Source: Candidatus Saccharimonadota bacterium
Lineage (GTDB): Bacteria > Patescibacteriota > Microgenomatia > UBA1406 > GWC2-37-13
Direction of reading: 5' to 3'
NCBI GenBank assembly: GCA_001790095.1
Contig: MGBH01000001.1
Location: 600,001 to 632,000 of the forward strand
Length of the DNA: 32,000 nucleotides
The position numbers were made by a program, and so were the translations under genes. Below are positions 1 through 9,245 of the stretch, piece after piece; the stretch's first letter is position 1; each line of letters opens with the position of its first letter. Under the pieces are notes generated by a model that did not search any database, was not told where the DNA came from, and saw only the letters and a program-made list of their open reading frames with translations.

Positions 1-433
1 GCACCCATAGTCCATATATTAACCAAGTGAGAAGATTGCCGAACCAGTTGCCTATTTTTTTGGCTATTGGAATATGTTTTTGGGTAAAATTTCGTTTTCC
101 TAAGACTACATCGTATGAATCTAGGAGTTTAATCATGTTTTTTATGTCTTTTGGTTCGTGTTGGCCGTCTCCATCAAAAGTAATAACCCCCCTCGCACCA
201 AGGAGTTTTGCAGCCTCAATCCCTGTCTTGATAGAGGCACCTTTGCCTCGGTTAAGTATGTGGCGCAGAACCGTCGCACCGCCTTCTTTTGCTTTGATAA
301 AAGTATCATCGGTTGAACCATCATCTACCACAATGCAACGATCAAAACCATATCGATGAAGCTCCGCCAAGACTTGACCTATCACTTTTGATTCATTGTA
401 AGTAGGTATAACGATATACATTTCTTTGTCCAT
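1..433 (-). CDS. Family-2 glycosyltransferase (GT-A fold); C-terminus runs off the window start
   Basis: Absent from the ORF track because it is open at the edge. My reverse-strand translation from the ATG at 433-431 reads MDKEMYIVIPTYNESKVIGQVLAELHRYGFDRCIVVDDGSTDDT... It carries the PTYNE and DDGSTD signatures of GT2 enzymes. The + strand ORF 27..359 is its antisense shadow. Confidence 0.8.
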   Translation of the reverse strand, partial: MDKEMYIVIPTYNESKVIGQVLAELHRYGFDRCIVVDDGSTDDTFIKAKEGGATVLRHILNRGKGASIKTGIEAAKLLGARGVITFDGDGQHEPKDIKNMIKLLDSYDVVLGKRNFTQKHIPIAKKIGNWFGNLLTWLIYGLWV

Positions 434-449
434 ACAGTTTTTCGGTATG

Positions 450-1427
450 TTATTTTTTTTGTAGCCTTTTAAGATCTGCTTTGACCATCATCTTTATAAG
501 CTCTTTAAAAGTTACCTTTGGTTGCCATCCAAGTTTGTTCTTTGCCTTATCAATGCGCGCTCGAAGATGTGGTACCTCTGCAGGTCTTTTATAGCGGGGA
601 TCAATAACAACGTATTTTTTCCAGTCACTCACTCCAATTTCCTTAAAGGCAAGATCAACAACGTCTTTTACGCTGTGATATGCGCCTGTACCTATCACAT
701 AATCATCAGGTTCTTTTTCTTGAAGCATCAGATACATCGCTTCAACATAATCACCCGCAAATCCCCAGTCTCGTTTTGCGTCAAGGTTACCAAGTGAGAT
801 GCTTTTTGTTAATCCCAGTTTAATCCTTGCAACACCGTCTGTAATCTTTCGCGTAACAAACTGTATGCCGCGAAGGGGTGATTCGTGATTAAAAAGGATA
901 CCGTTAGCTGCAAATAAGCCATATGATTCACGAAAATTAACCGTCATCCAATAAGCGTAAACTTTTGAAATCCCATAAGGAGATCGTGGATGAAAAGAGG
1001 TTTTTTCGTCCTGATATCCTCCGTCGTTGCCAAGTCCAAACATTTCACTCGTTGATGCCTGATAAAATTTAGATGTTGGAGAGTTAAACTTGATCGTATT
1101 GAGAAGTGAAAGCACTCCAAGGGCGTTTATCTCTGTTGTTAACTTTGCCTGCTCCCAAGAAGATCCAACAAACGACTGTGCGGCTAGGTTGTATACCTCA
1201 GTTGGCCTTACATTTTTAATTATGTTGATAAGAGAAGACTCATCGGTCAGATCTCCCTCAACAAACTCAATTTTATCCATGATCCCCAAGAAGTTTAGAT
1301 TATCATAGTGTGGGGAAGAGTAACGGCGCATTAGTCCATATACCTTATATCCTTTTCCAAGAAGAAGCTCTGCGAGATAAGGACCATCTTGACCTAAAAT
1401 ACCCGTTATGAGTGCTGATTTTTGCAT
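450..1427 (-). CDS. gmd: GDP-mannose 4,6-dehydratase
   Basis: 325 aa. N-terminal Rossmann motif ALITGILGQDGPYLAELLL is present. Family-typical segments are FYQASTSEMFG, SPYGISKVYAYW, GILFNHESPLRG and RDWGFAGDYVEAM. ATG start verified. Confidence 0.9.
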   Translation of the reverse strand: MQKSALITGILGQDGPYLAELLLGKGYKVYGLMRRYSSPHYDNLNFLGIMDKIEFVEGDLTDESSLINIIKNVRPTEVYNLAAQSFVGSSWEQAKLTTEINALGVLSLLNTIKFNSPTSKFYQASTSEMFGLGNDGGYQDEKTSFHPRSPYGISKVYAYWMTVNFRESYGLFAANGILFNHESPLRGIQFVTRKITDGVARIKLGLTKSISLGNLDAKRDWGFAGDYVEAMYLMLQEKEPDDYVIGTGAYHSVKDVVDLAFKEIGVSDWKKYVVIDPRYKRPAEVPHLRARIDKAKNKLGWQPKVTFKELIKMMVKADLKRLQKK

Positions 1428-1472
1428 ATAGTTTTACAACTCGTTAATAATTATTAGATTATACACTAATTA

Positions 1473-1481
1473 TGATACAAT
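1473..1481 (+). promoter_or_regulatory. Extended -10 element (TGaTACAAT) six nt upstream of the flippase ATG; possible leaderless transcript
   Basis: tgatacaat occurs twice in tandem (1473-1481 and 1481-1489). The first hexamer TACAAT ends at 1481 and the ATG is at 1488. No Shine-Dalgarno sequence is visible. Confidence 0.35.
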
Positions 1482-1487
1482 GATACA

Positions 1488-2765
1488 ATGATCCGTCGGA
1501 TTAAGTCCTTTGTAGCGCGCCCAACGAGCCGCGACATCATTATAAATACACTCGGCAATTATTTAAATGTTTTTTTCTCTGCTTTTTTTGTATATCTTCT
1601 TGTCCGGATTCTTGATCCAAATCAATATGGGGTGTTAAGCGTACTTTTTGGCATCGCATACGTGTTGGCAAACATTTTAGATTTTGGTACAACTGCAACG
1701 ATTTATTCATTTTTGCCCCCGCTTATAGATGAACGCAAACCGACCTTGTACAGATTTATTAAAAGCACTTTTTTCTATCAAACATTTTTTGCTCTTATCG
1801 TTATATCAACACTGTTTGTCACATTTCCCTATCTTGATAAGATTTTTTTCAAAACAGGCGCCCCAGTGCATGAACTATATATTACGGCCATCTGTGTTCT
1901 TTTTTTTATTTGGCAAAATTTTTTGGGGAACTGTCTCTATGCGGCAAAAAGAGTACTCCAGAATAATATTTATAATAATATAGCCAATGTCGTCAAGACC
2001 AGCGTCATTATCATCCTTGTTCTTACCCATACGGTGACTGTTGGAGCGGTCATTTTTACATTCGGTATCATAGGACCAATCATCTTTTTTATCCTTGTCT
2101 ATCTGAATAAAAAAAACCATATATCATCGGTACTTGCCGCCCCCATCGCAAAGGAAGATTTTCGTTTCAATTACACATTGACTTATTTTGTCGCTTCGCA
2201 GTTTTTTAACTTAGGACTTCGTATGGATCTTTTTCTTTTGTCGTATTTTCGACCTAAAGACGAGGTGGGCTATTATGGTTTAGCACAAAAAATTATACTG
2301 ACTATTATCGCAACGGTCATAAGTATTACGCAAGTAATATCTCCCGCTTTTTCGAAAATAAAATTTAAACGAGACTTTTTTTCACATGTAAAATCCGGGG
2401 TTTTATATATGCTTTTACCCACTGCTCTTTTTCTTCTTTTAGCTATCACTCCTAACTGGATATTTTTTCTTGTCTTTACTAAAAAATTTGTTCAAACAGC
2501 AACTATTACCAGGGCGCTTGCAATCCCGTTTGTCCTGTATCCCATCATGAGTCTGGCACATCTTTTTCTCCTTTACACAGTTAAAAAACCCATCCATATC
2601 TTGACGACAAACGTCGTACTTTTTACTACGATATCTTTTGGATGCTACTTATTTATCCCACGGTATGGTATAACAGCTGCAGTATATTCTATAGGGATAG
2701 CTTTTTTACTCTCGGGCGGTCTTTTGATTACCCTTGCTGGATATGAGTACAGGAAGATGAAATAA
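1488..2765 (+). CDS. Polysaccharide/oligosaccharide flippase, MOP (Wzx/MurJ-like) superfamily membrane protein
   Basis: 425 aa and highly hydrophobic, with about 12 predicted helices. It has the usual two-halved organisation of Wzx-type exporters and sits among glycan genes. The family call rests on architecture and context only. Confidence 0.6.
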   Translation: MIRRIKSFVARPTSRDIIINTLGNYLNVFFSAFFVYLLVRILDPNQYGVLSVLFGIAYVLANILDFGTTATIYSFLPPLIDERKPTLYRFIKSTFFYQTFFALIVISTLFVTFPYLDKIFFKTGAPVHELYITAICVLFFIWQNFLGNCLYAAKRVLQNNIYNNIANVVKTSVIIILVLTHTVTVGAVIFTFGIIGPIIFFILVYLNKKNHISSVLAAPIAKEDFRFNYTLTYFVASQFFNLGLRMDLFLLSYFRPKDEVGYYGLAQKIILTIIATVISITQVISPAFSKIKFKRDFFSHVKSGVLYMLLPTALFLLLAITPNWIFFLVFTKKFVQTATITRALAIPFVLYPIMSLAHLFLLYTVKKPIHILTTNVVLFTTISFGCYLFIPRYGITAAVYSIGIAFLLSGGLLITLAGYEYRKMK

Positions 2766-4296
2766 AACCACACACCCATCTTTCAAAAAAGACTTGATGG
2801 AATACGCGTTTCTCTTTACGATAACAGCCTTTATTATGAAGTTTTCCCTCGTAGTCAAATCCATAGATGGGAACGGTATAGGGGATAATGTAAATTTCCT
2901 TTTCAAATATCCATTCGGTCTCAATGTTGCGAAGCTCCTTTACGGGTAAACCTCGATAATAGAGAAGCGGATCAGATGAAGGGAGGATCATATATATGGT
3001 TTTATTGAGGGGAAGAACCTGCGCCATACTTTTCCAATCTTCGCGGTGATGTAGAGGGAAAAAAAGATATATCAAAGAAAGAAAAAGAAATATACCGATA
3101 AGTATCTCCATAATTGCATTCTCTCGTATCTGATGAATAAGCTTTTTTTCTTGGTTCTTTTTGAAAAAATGCAGGAAATGGAGAAATCCTTTCTTTTTCT
3201 TGATAGACAGATAATGTTCTACTCCTTCAGCTATCAAAATACTCATAATAGGCAATAGATATAAGAATCGAAAATACTGCATGAGCGGGGAAAAAAAAGA
3301 AAAAATAAATCCTAGTAAAAGCGGGAGGGAAAAAATAAACGCTAATCTTTTTGCTTTAAATGCTCCAAGGATTACATATGAAAATACAAAAGAAGTCCAT
3401 AAACCAGCGATTACATAATATAGAAATTTTGGGTAGAAGCTGATTCTACCAAATGCAAATTTTATCGGTATAAGAAGAAGGTTCTTAATGGTGGCGGGAC
3501 CTAAGACCAAAGCCCAGTTTTGAGCCTCTTTTTGGAGCACCTGTGCATTATGAAGTTGTGTAATCAAAAGGGGAAGCTGCAATGCAAAAGATACAGATAA
3601 TACGACCACCGTTATCCCCACCTCTTTATATCTTTTTTTGGTAAGTAGAAGCAATAAGAAGCTTGCGACAAAAAATATACTTCCATAAAAGGTCCATAAA
3701 GCAAGTATAAGAAACAGATTAAAAAACAAGAGCAAAATTCTTTTTTCTTTAATGTCAAATATACTCACCACGCTGTCTCTTCGGATTAGCTTTTGGCGGA
3801 TAAAATCGATAAGAGAATATATATGGCCATTGAGGCGGTGTTTGTGGGTATTTTCATGTAGCCGCAAAAGTTCAAAACCGAAATATGCGGCAAAGGCAAG
3901 CAAGAAAGTGACAAGAGAATACATCCGTGCCTCCTGAGAATAATAGACCGCAAGAGGATTAAATAAGTACAACGCAGCTGCCCATAGTCCAAACTTTTGA
4001 TTTCTTATACGCGTTGCTATGAGAAAGACAGCATGTCCGGTCAAAAGCGAGAAGATTACTGAAGGAAGACGAAGCGCGATTTCGCCTACACCAAAAAGGG
4101 TGCTCCATAACTTCATAAAGAGATAATAAAGAGGTGGATGAAAATCAGTTGGCGAAAAAAGCGAGGAGATTTGAAAAAGGGTAAATTGCTTTATCACTTT
4201 GGCTGTGATCGCTTCATCCAACCATAAGGACTGATTGAGGGAGATGAGTCGAATGATAAATGCCAAACCAAAAACAAGCATGAACTTCTTTCTCAT
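2728..4296 (-). CDS. GT-C fold membrane glycosyltransferase (ArnT/PMT-like, family 39/83 type)
   Basis: 522 aa and multi-pass. The first periplasmic loop reads NQSLWLDEAITAKV, which contains the DE(A) motif. FHPPLYYLFMKLW follows, as is typical of ArnT/PMT_2-type enzymes. A C-terminal soluble domain is present. Confidence 0.7.
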   Translation of the reverse strand: MRKKFMLVFGLAFIIRLISLNQSLWLDEAITAKVIKQFTLFQISSLFSPTDFHPPLYYLFMKLWSTLFGVGEIALRLPSVIFSLLTGHAVFLIATRIRNQKFGLWAAALYLFNPLAVYYSQEARMYSLVTFLLAFAAYFGFELLRLHENTHKHRLNGHIYSLIDFIRQKLIRRDSVVSIFDIKEKRILLLFFNLFLILALWTFYGSIFFVASFLLLLLTKKRYKEVGITVVVLSVSFALQLPLLITQLHNAQVLQKEAQNWALVLGPATIKNLLLIPIKFAFGRISFYPKFLYYVIAGLWTSFVFSYVILGAFKAKRLAFIFSLPLLLGFIFSFFSPLMQYFRFLYLLPIMSILIAEGVEHYLSIKKKKGFLHFLHFFKKNQEKKLIHQIRENAIMEILIGIFLFLSLIYLFFPLHHREDWKSMAQVLPLNKTIYMILPSSDPLLYYRGLPVKELRNIETEWIFEKEIYIIPYTVPIYGFDYEGKLHNKGCYRKEKRVFHQVFFERWVCGFISSSCTHIQQG

Positions 4297-4314
4297 ACGT
4301 TTATTATACTTCCT

Positions 4315-5523
4315 TTATCTCTTTATTTTCAAAGCAGTTGGGGTTACTTTTTTAGTGGGGGATAGACTTGGAGTAGGAGTGATCTCCAGAATGCCGTTCG
4401 CTATCATAGAGTGCAGCTCTCCCCATCTATCCATACCTAGGCGTGGTATAAGAATATATCCGCCATAATCAGAATAAGAGCTTTTCAAATAATCAGTGTC
4501 GCTTACGTTAATATTGATCACTTTATATTTACCTGAGTCTTTTGCCTCACCAACTAATTTTTTCATATCATCAACTGAGATATCTGTCTTAATATGATTT
4601 TTCAACTCATCAAGAAGAGGGATAACTTTAGTAACCATACCTAAAGATATAACTTTTTCTTTTATAGATTTTACAAATTGTTGTTGTCTGGCCCCCCTGG
4701 CAAAGTCATTACCGTCTTGTGCGCTGTGCCGCGAACGGACATATTTTAAAGCTGTCTCACCGTTCATAAAAACTTTTCCTTTATCAAAGTGCAGATGTTC
4801 ATACCGGCAGGGAAATGCCTCTTTTGGATCCTCAGTAATATCCTTTAAAAACTTTTCAAGTTCGGGTTTGTCTTTTAACGTATCCTTTTTTTCATCTTCG
4901 CTAAACCCTGGCTTGAGAAATTTTTCGATCTTGGCAAAGTCTTCGTCTTTACCACACAAATCTTTTTCTTTTCCATCTATTGGATACTCATAATCATCAA
5001 ATGTTTTTTGTACGTCCACAACCACCCCACCCAGTATATCAATCCCTTTTGTGAATCCGGTAAAGTCTATAGTCACATAATTATCAATTGTGAGACCGGT
5101 GATATCTGAAACCGCTTTTTTTACTAATGTTGTATCCGGATATTTTTGGGTATCCACATCAGGAAATTCTGTCGGAAAAAGCCCAAGCTGATATATTGAG
5201 TTTATCTTCGCGTGAAAATCCGCCTTTGACTTGGTTGGAAGCTTTATCCATAGATCTCTTGGCAAAGATAAAAGAGCTGTTTTATTGGTTTTTAAATCTA
5301 TATGGGCTACCATCATACTATCGGTGAGATATGGACCATCATGCCCCGGTCCGCCATATCCAAGTAGTAGAATGTTGTACTGTGTCTTTTCTTTGGGAAG
5401 CACAAATCCTTTCTGGTTTGGTTTTTTATTAAATATTGCCTTGTAAAAATCAGCTCCGCTTTTAATAACATAGGCTACCAACACGATAAGAAACAGCCCA
5501 ATGACAAGTAATGCTTTTTTCAT
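4315..5523 (-). CDS. LytR-CpsA-Psr (LCP) family glycopolymer ligase
   Basis: It has an N-terminal membrane anchor followed by NILLLGYGGPGHDGPYLTDSMMVAHIDLKTNKTALLSLPRDLWIKLP, which is the LCP core. RSRHSAQDGNDFARGARQQQF is also characteristic. The track start at 5532 is a TTG, so I prefer the ATG at 5523. Confidence 0.85.
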   Translation of the reverse strand: MKKALLVIGLFLIVLVAYVIKSGADFYKAIFNKKPNQKGFVLPKEKTQYNILLLGYGGPGHDGPYLTDSMMVAHIDLKTNKTALLSLPRDLWIKLPTKSKADFHAKINSIYQLGLFPTEFPDVDTQKYPDTTLVKKAVSDITGLTIDNYVTIDFTGFTKGIDILGGVVVDVQKTFDDYEYPIDGKEKDLCGKDEDFAKIEKFLKPGFSEDEKKDTLKDKPELEKFLKDITEDPKEAFPCRYEHLHFDKGKVFMNGETALKYVRSRHSAQDGNDFARGARQQQFVKSIKEKVISLGMVTKVIPLLDELKNHIKTDISVDDMKKLVGEAKDSGKYKVININVSDTDYLKSSYSDYGGYILIPRLGMDRWGELHSMIANGILEITPTPSLSPTKKVTPTALKIKR

Positions 5524-5594
5524 AATGGTCAAAATCTAATTATACAATAGCATAGAAGATGTAATAGATATTTTTTGCATAATCTACTATGGGC

Positions 5595-5603
5595 TGTTAT
5601 AAT
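5595..5603 (+). promoter_or_regulatory. Extended -10 element TGtTATAAT upstream of the ROK-like gene
   Basis: The motif tgttataat was read directly. It lies 17 nt before the ATG at 5621, in a divergent intergenic region. Confidence 0.3.
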
Positions 5604-5620
5604 AACGTAATCCGATTAAT

Positions 5621-6715
5621 ATGTCAAGAGAAATTGTTAACCTTCTAACAAAACTTCCTGTCCCAGATCTAGTACCTTCTCAGCTTGCTGAATTCAACCC
5701 ACAAACTTTACGAGCACGGCACACAGAAAGATTTTTCGTAAATCACGCACTTGAATGTCTCAGAGATGCAAATGGACGGACTGGTTGGGCACTAGATATC
5801 GGTGGCACTGCGCTTAAAGCACAGCGCTTCACCATCCAAAACGGAGTTGTTGTCTTTTCACCAGATGATAAAGTAATCATGCAGGTTGAAGGAGAAAACG
5901 AAAAAAAGGGAAAAAATTATTTGGCGGCATTAATGCAATTAAGCGAAACTATAGAAGCGGATGATCTCATTGGAGTTTCTGTTGCAGGACTCGTAGAAAA
6001 TGGAAAACTAAAAGATAGCCCCAATCTTCCATCTTTTATACATGACTTGGAATCAGTCGGCGGACTTGATGCTATATTTAGAAGAAAAATAAGTGTGGCA
6101 AACGACGCCGTAGCCGGCCTTAAGGCTAGTATAGTTGGAGCATCGCAACATGGATTAGCTCATAAAAATGTACTCTATCTTATACATGGAGGAGGTATTG
6201 GGGGAGCTGCAAAAGATGGGGAAGATATGATGATATCCCTTGAACCTGGACATATAAGGGCAAGTCGGGAATTAAATCCAAGGGAAATAACTACACCATG
6301 TGGGATGGAGGAACAAACCTTTACCTGTCTTGAGCGTATTGGTTCCATGGGAGCAATAGAGGCTATCTGGAAAAATGTTATAACTGCATGGCAAGAACTA
6401 AATGGAAGACAGATTGCAGAACTTATGTATAGCGGGGACAAAAAAGCACTTGACTTATTTAACAATAGTGCAAATATTTTAGCTCACACTATTGAAGGAA
6501 TATGTATGTCTCTTGGGTTCTCCCCAAACGAAACTCTTGTTGTCATGCACGGAGGAGGAACAAAGGTCGAGGGTATGATGCAAAGAATTTCAAGTATTTT
6601 AGCCAAGCATCATACAGAACGCGGGCAGCAATACAAACTTGTACCTACCTCAGATTTTGGAATTGACAATGCCTGTCTTATGGGCGCTGCCATAAGTGCA
6701 GTAATAGGATCATAA
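5621..6715 (+). CDS. ROK-family / ASKHA-fold sugar kinase-like protein
   Basis: LDIGGTALK is a phosphate-1 type motif. VANDAVAG, HGGGIGGA and EPGH are also present. They are followed by a degenerate Cys motif, PCGMEEQTFTCLE. The gene looks somewhat more GC-rich than its neighbours by eye. Confidence 0.55.
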   Translation: MSREIVNLLTKLPVPDLVPSQLAEFNPQTLRARHTERFFVNHALECLRDANGRTGWALDIGGTALKAQRFTIQNGVVVFSPDDKVIMQVEGENEKKGKNYLAALMQLSETIEADDLIGVSVAGLVENGKLKDSPNLPSFIHDLESVGGLDAIFRRKISVANDAVAGLKASIVGASQHGLAHKNVLYLIHGGGIGGAAKDGEDMMISLEPGHIRASRELNPREITTPCGMEEQTFTCLERIGSMGAIEAIWKNVITAWQELNGRQIAELMYSGDKKALDLFNNSANILAHTIEGICMSLGFSPNETLVVMHGGGTKVEGMMQRISSILAKHHTERGQQYKLVPTSDFGIDNACLMGAAISAVIGS

Positions 6716-6766
6716 TACTTGAGATACAAAATGTCCCATGTTATACTTGAAAGATCGTTGTCTTAT

Positions 6767-6837
6767 GCGGGATTAGTTTAATGGCAGAACGAAAGATTTC
6801 CAATCTTTCGGCAGGGGTTCGATTCCCCTATCCCGCT
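6767..6837 (+). tRNA. tRNA-Gly (anticodon UCC)
   Basis: I folded the cloverleaf by hand. The acceptor stem is GCGGGAT/ATCCCGC and the D stem is GTTT/GAAC. The anticodon stem is AAAGA/TCTTT with loop TTTCCAA, giving anticodon TCC. The T arm is AGGGG-TTCGATT-CCCCT. The discriminator is T and CCA is not encoded. Confidence 0.9.
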
Positions 6838-6949
6838 CAAAATTGCTTTAAAGAGAAACGTAACAAAAATGGCATCTAGCCGTTAAAAATAGAGTAGTAT
6901 ATTAATTTACTCTTTCTTTAACCCTACACACATGGTTTTCTTTTCTTGG

Positions 6950-6976
6950 GTCATCCCTGCGTAGGCAGGGATCCAG
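6950..6976. repeat. GC-rich palindromic (REP-like) hairpin, copy 1
   Basis: The sequence is gtcatccctgcgtaggcagggatccag, with stem ATCCCTGC/GCAGGGAT. It is related to the reverse complement of the 7013-7038 copy. Confidence 0.6.
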
Positions 6977-7012
6977 TCTAAAATAACAAACTATAACAAG
7001 GTAATTATTCAT

Positions 7013-7038
7013 TGGATTCCCGCGTCCGCGGGAATGAC
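7013..7038. repeat. GC-rich palindromic (REP-like) hairpin, copy 2, inverted relative to copy 1
   Basis: The sequence is tggattcccgcgtccgcgggaatgac, with stem ATTCCCGCG/CGCGGGAAT. Its reverse complement, GTCATTCCCGCGGACGCGGGAATCCA, aligns with copy 1 (GTCATCCCTGCGTAGGCAGGGATCCA). Confidence 0.6.
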
Positions 7039-7064
7039 AATTACAATTTTAAGCAAGACACTTC

Positions 7065-9245
7065 TTACTCTTTTCTAAACACCTCTATCAGGTGTCTAAG
7101 AGGGGAGTAGAAGACAGTCAATCTTCCAATTTGAGTAGGTTGGATTATCATCTCAAAGTCTCCTTTTTCAATTGGTATTTCTTTCCCGTTTTGGAAAGCC
7201 ACAAATCCTTTAGGATTCATGATGAGTACAAGTTTCTTTGAGATTTCTTTTTTTGATATTGCAAACTCCACTCTGTTTGGATTAACATATGTCGGCACTG
7301 CCACTGTCTCCTTATCTGTTCCTTCGATGTATCGATATATTGGAGGAGCTGATTCGATTTCATAGTAATAAGTCCCTCCTTCTTTCAAAAGAAGTTCGTA
7401 TTTTTTTAATGGTCGGTCAGATATGATATATCTGATTCCAAGTCGCCCCCAGCGGTCATCGTTCATCGTCACTCTTGAAGTATCTAGTGCGTTGATGTGG
7501 GATGTTTTAGTGGTCTTTGCGAACTCCTCATTCCGTGAGATTATATAGCTATACTCTGATTGATAATTATGTGAGAAGTTTGAAAAATATGTTGCAAGCT
7601 TTTTTGGGACAAATGTGTTATATCCCTGGACAGCATATGTATTGGCAACAGCCGCCCATGAGGTGGGAATAGTCACAAGTGTTTTTTTTAATTTGTCATA
7701 AGATTGCTCTTCATAAAGATCGATCATGGACTTTTCTTTTGAAAAGGGAGGACGAAACATTATGCTGCTCATATAGGTATGAAAACCCGTATAGGGAATC
7801 ACGTCTGAAGTAGATTGTATACGATATGTCTTTGCATCAATTGATTTGGGAAAGCTTGTCTTTACCGAAAGAGCAGAGGCAGGTATAAAATATCCGTGAA
7901 AATAATTTACCAGAAGTCCCTCAATAAATACAAATAGCAGTAAAAAATATATACCGTATTTTTTGTTCATACTCCCGGCATACATCATAAACCCCAACAA
8001 GCCCATAGGTATAAAGCTCAACCCCATAAGTCTTCCGATTGCGCGCACCGTATCAAGAGTAAAAAAGAGGCTAACCGCGCCGTGTTTGAGCATCGCATAT
8101 CCGTTTTGAAAAAGGAGAGGAAATAGAGGAGAGACAAAAAAAACAAAAGCAGTAATTGAAAAAAATATAAGTAACAAATAGCTTTTTCTCCATCTTTCTT
8201 CCACTAATAGAGCAATGCTGTCTTTATATGAGGCAACAATAATCAATATTATTATATGTATGATCACCCATATCTGCCCGGCTCCTCTAAAAAAAGGAAT
8301 ATTTAGTATTCCCAAAGAAAGAAAAATACAGATAGATAAAATAATGACGTAGTATGACGCAATTTTTCTTTTATATATCGTACGGATAAAAAGGAAAACT
8401 AATAATAAAGAAGACAGGATGACTGTGGTAGGTCCGGCATTCCAGCTTGAACCGTTTTGAATCATCCCAAGGTAAAAAGGCAGTATCAGCTGCAGATGCT
8501 GTAGCGGTCGAATCGACCCAATATCAGCATATTCCTTTCCCGCACCAAGTCGGGTCGAGTCCATAACCAAAGGTAGAGAAAAGATATAATACCAGCTCGT
8601 TGAAAAAGCAAGAAGAATAAAAAACAAAACCGTCTTTTTAAGAGATATCTTGTAATGAAAAATAGCTACGAGAAAGCCAAGGATATACCCATACACTACA
8701 AACTGCAAATGTCCCGATATCGTCATAAAAAACCCAACGATAAGTGGCAGCACATATCCGCCTTTTTTTTCTCTTAAAAAGGAAAGAGAGTATAAAAATA
8801 TCCCGTAGTGGGCAATCGTCACAAATATGGTGGGGTTGTTGAGTCTTACAAATCCGCTTCCTGAGAAAAAAAGGATAAAAGTATAAAGTAGCGCAAGCGT
8901 TTTATCTTTAGTTATAGAGCAAAAAAACAAATAAAATCCATATAAGAATATAAATACCGTAATACCCACCCAAACAGCAAACGATAGAGGATAAGGTAGC
9001 GCAAAAAAAAGATTGAACGGGTGGATATTGCCCATCCCCACATCAAATGCAAAAGGTACTCCAAGAAATATATGAGGGTTAAAAAGAGGAAGTATTCCAC
9101 CCGCTAGCCATTTACCCAAAAATATTTTCTGAGCAAGAAATAGGATTATGGTATCTGTTGAAAGATTTACAAAATGATAGTAAAAGCAAGACAGTAGAAT
9201 AGAAAATAATATAAAAGCTATTAAATGGATGTGTTTTCTAGTCAT
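7065..9245 (-). CDS. Large polytopic membrane protein with a C-terminal extracytoplasmic domain, YfhO-like / GT-C-type glycosyltransferase candidate
   Basis: 726 aa. About 460 aa of transmembrane helices are followed by about 260 aa of soluble domain. It overlaps the upstream GT-C gene by 8 nt and follows a soluble GT2. The family call rests on architecture and context. Confidence 0.5.
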   Translation of the reverse strand: MTRKHIHLIAFILFSILLSCFYYHFVNLSTDTIILFLAQKIFLGKWLAGGILPLFNPHIFLGVPFAFDVGMGNIHPFNLFFALPYPLSFAVWVGITVFIFLYGFYLFFCSITKDKTLALLYTFILFFSGSGFVRLNNPTIFVTIAHYGIFLYSLSFLREKKGGYVLPLIVGFFMTISGHLQFVVYGYILGFLVAIFHYKISLKKTVLFFILLAFSTSWYYIFSLPLVMDSTRLGAGKEYADIGSIRPLQHLQLILPFYLGMIQNGSSWNAGPTTVILSSLLLVFLFIRTIYKRKIASYYVIILSICIFLSLGILNIPFFRGAGQIWVIIHIIILIIVASYKDSIALLVEERWRKSYLLLIFFSITAFVFFVSPLFPLLFQNGYAMLKHGAVSLFFTLDTVRAIGRLMGLSFIPMGLLGFMMYAGSMNKKYGIYFLLLFVFIEGLLVNYFHGYFIPASALSVKTSFPKSIDAKTYRIQSTSDVIPYTGFHTYMSSIMFRPPFSKEKSMIDLYEEQSYDKLKKTLVTIPTSWAAVANTYAVQGYNTFVPKKLATYFSNFSHNYQSEYSYIISRNEEFAKTTKTSHINALDTSRVTMNDDRWGRLGIRYIISDRPLKKYELLLKEGGTYYYEIESAPPIYRYIEGTDKETVAVPTYVNPNRVEFAISKKEISKKLVLIMNPKGFVAFQNGKEIPIEKGDFEMIIQPTQIGRLTVFYSPLRHLIEVFRKE

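Noticed and set aside
27-359. 110-aa + strand ORF at the window start
   Set aside because: It lies antisense to a clear GT2 reading frame (DDGSTD, PTYNE) that is open to the window edge. Its own translation has no recognisable features.
522-797. Numerous 60-110 aa ORFs nested antisense or out of frame inside larger genes
   Set aside because: Examples are 522-797, 1090-1308, 1875-2120, 3752-3992, 5127-5446, 6175-6465, 14140-14433, 16794-17087, 17234-17500, 18269-18796, 23134-23469 and 29590-30050. Each is fully contained in a longer ORF that has clear family motifs. Their translations are low-complexity or compositionally biased.
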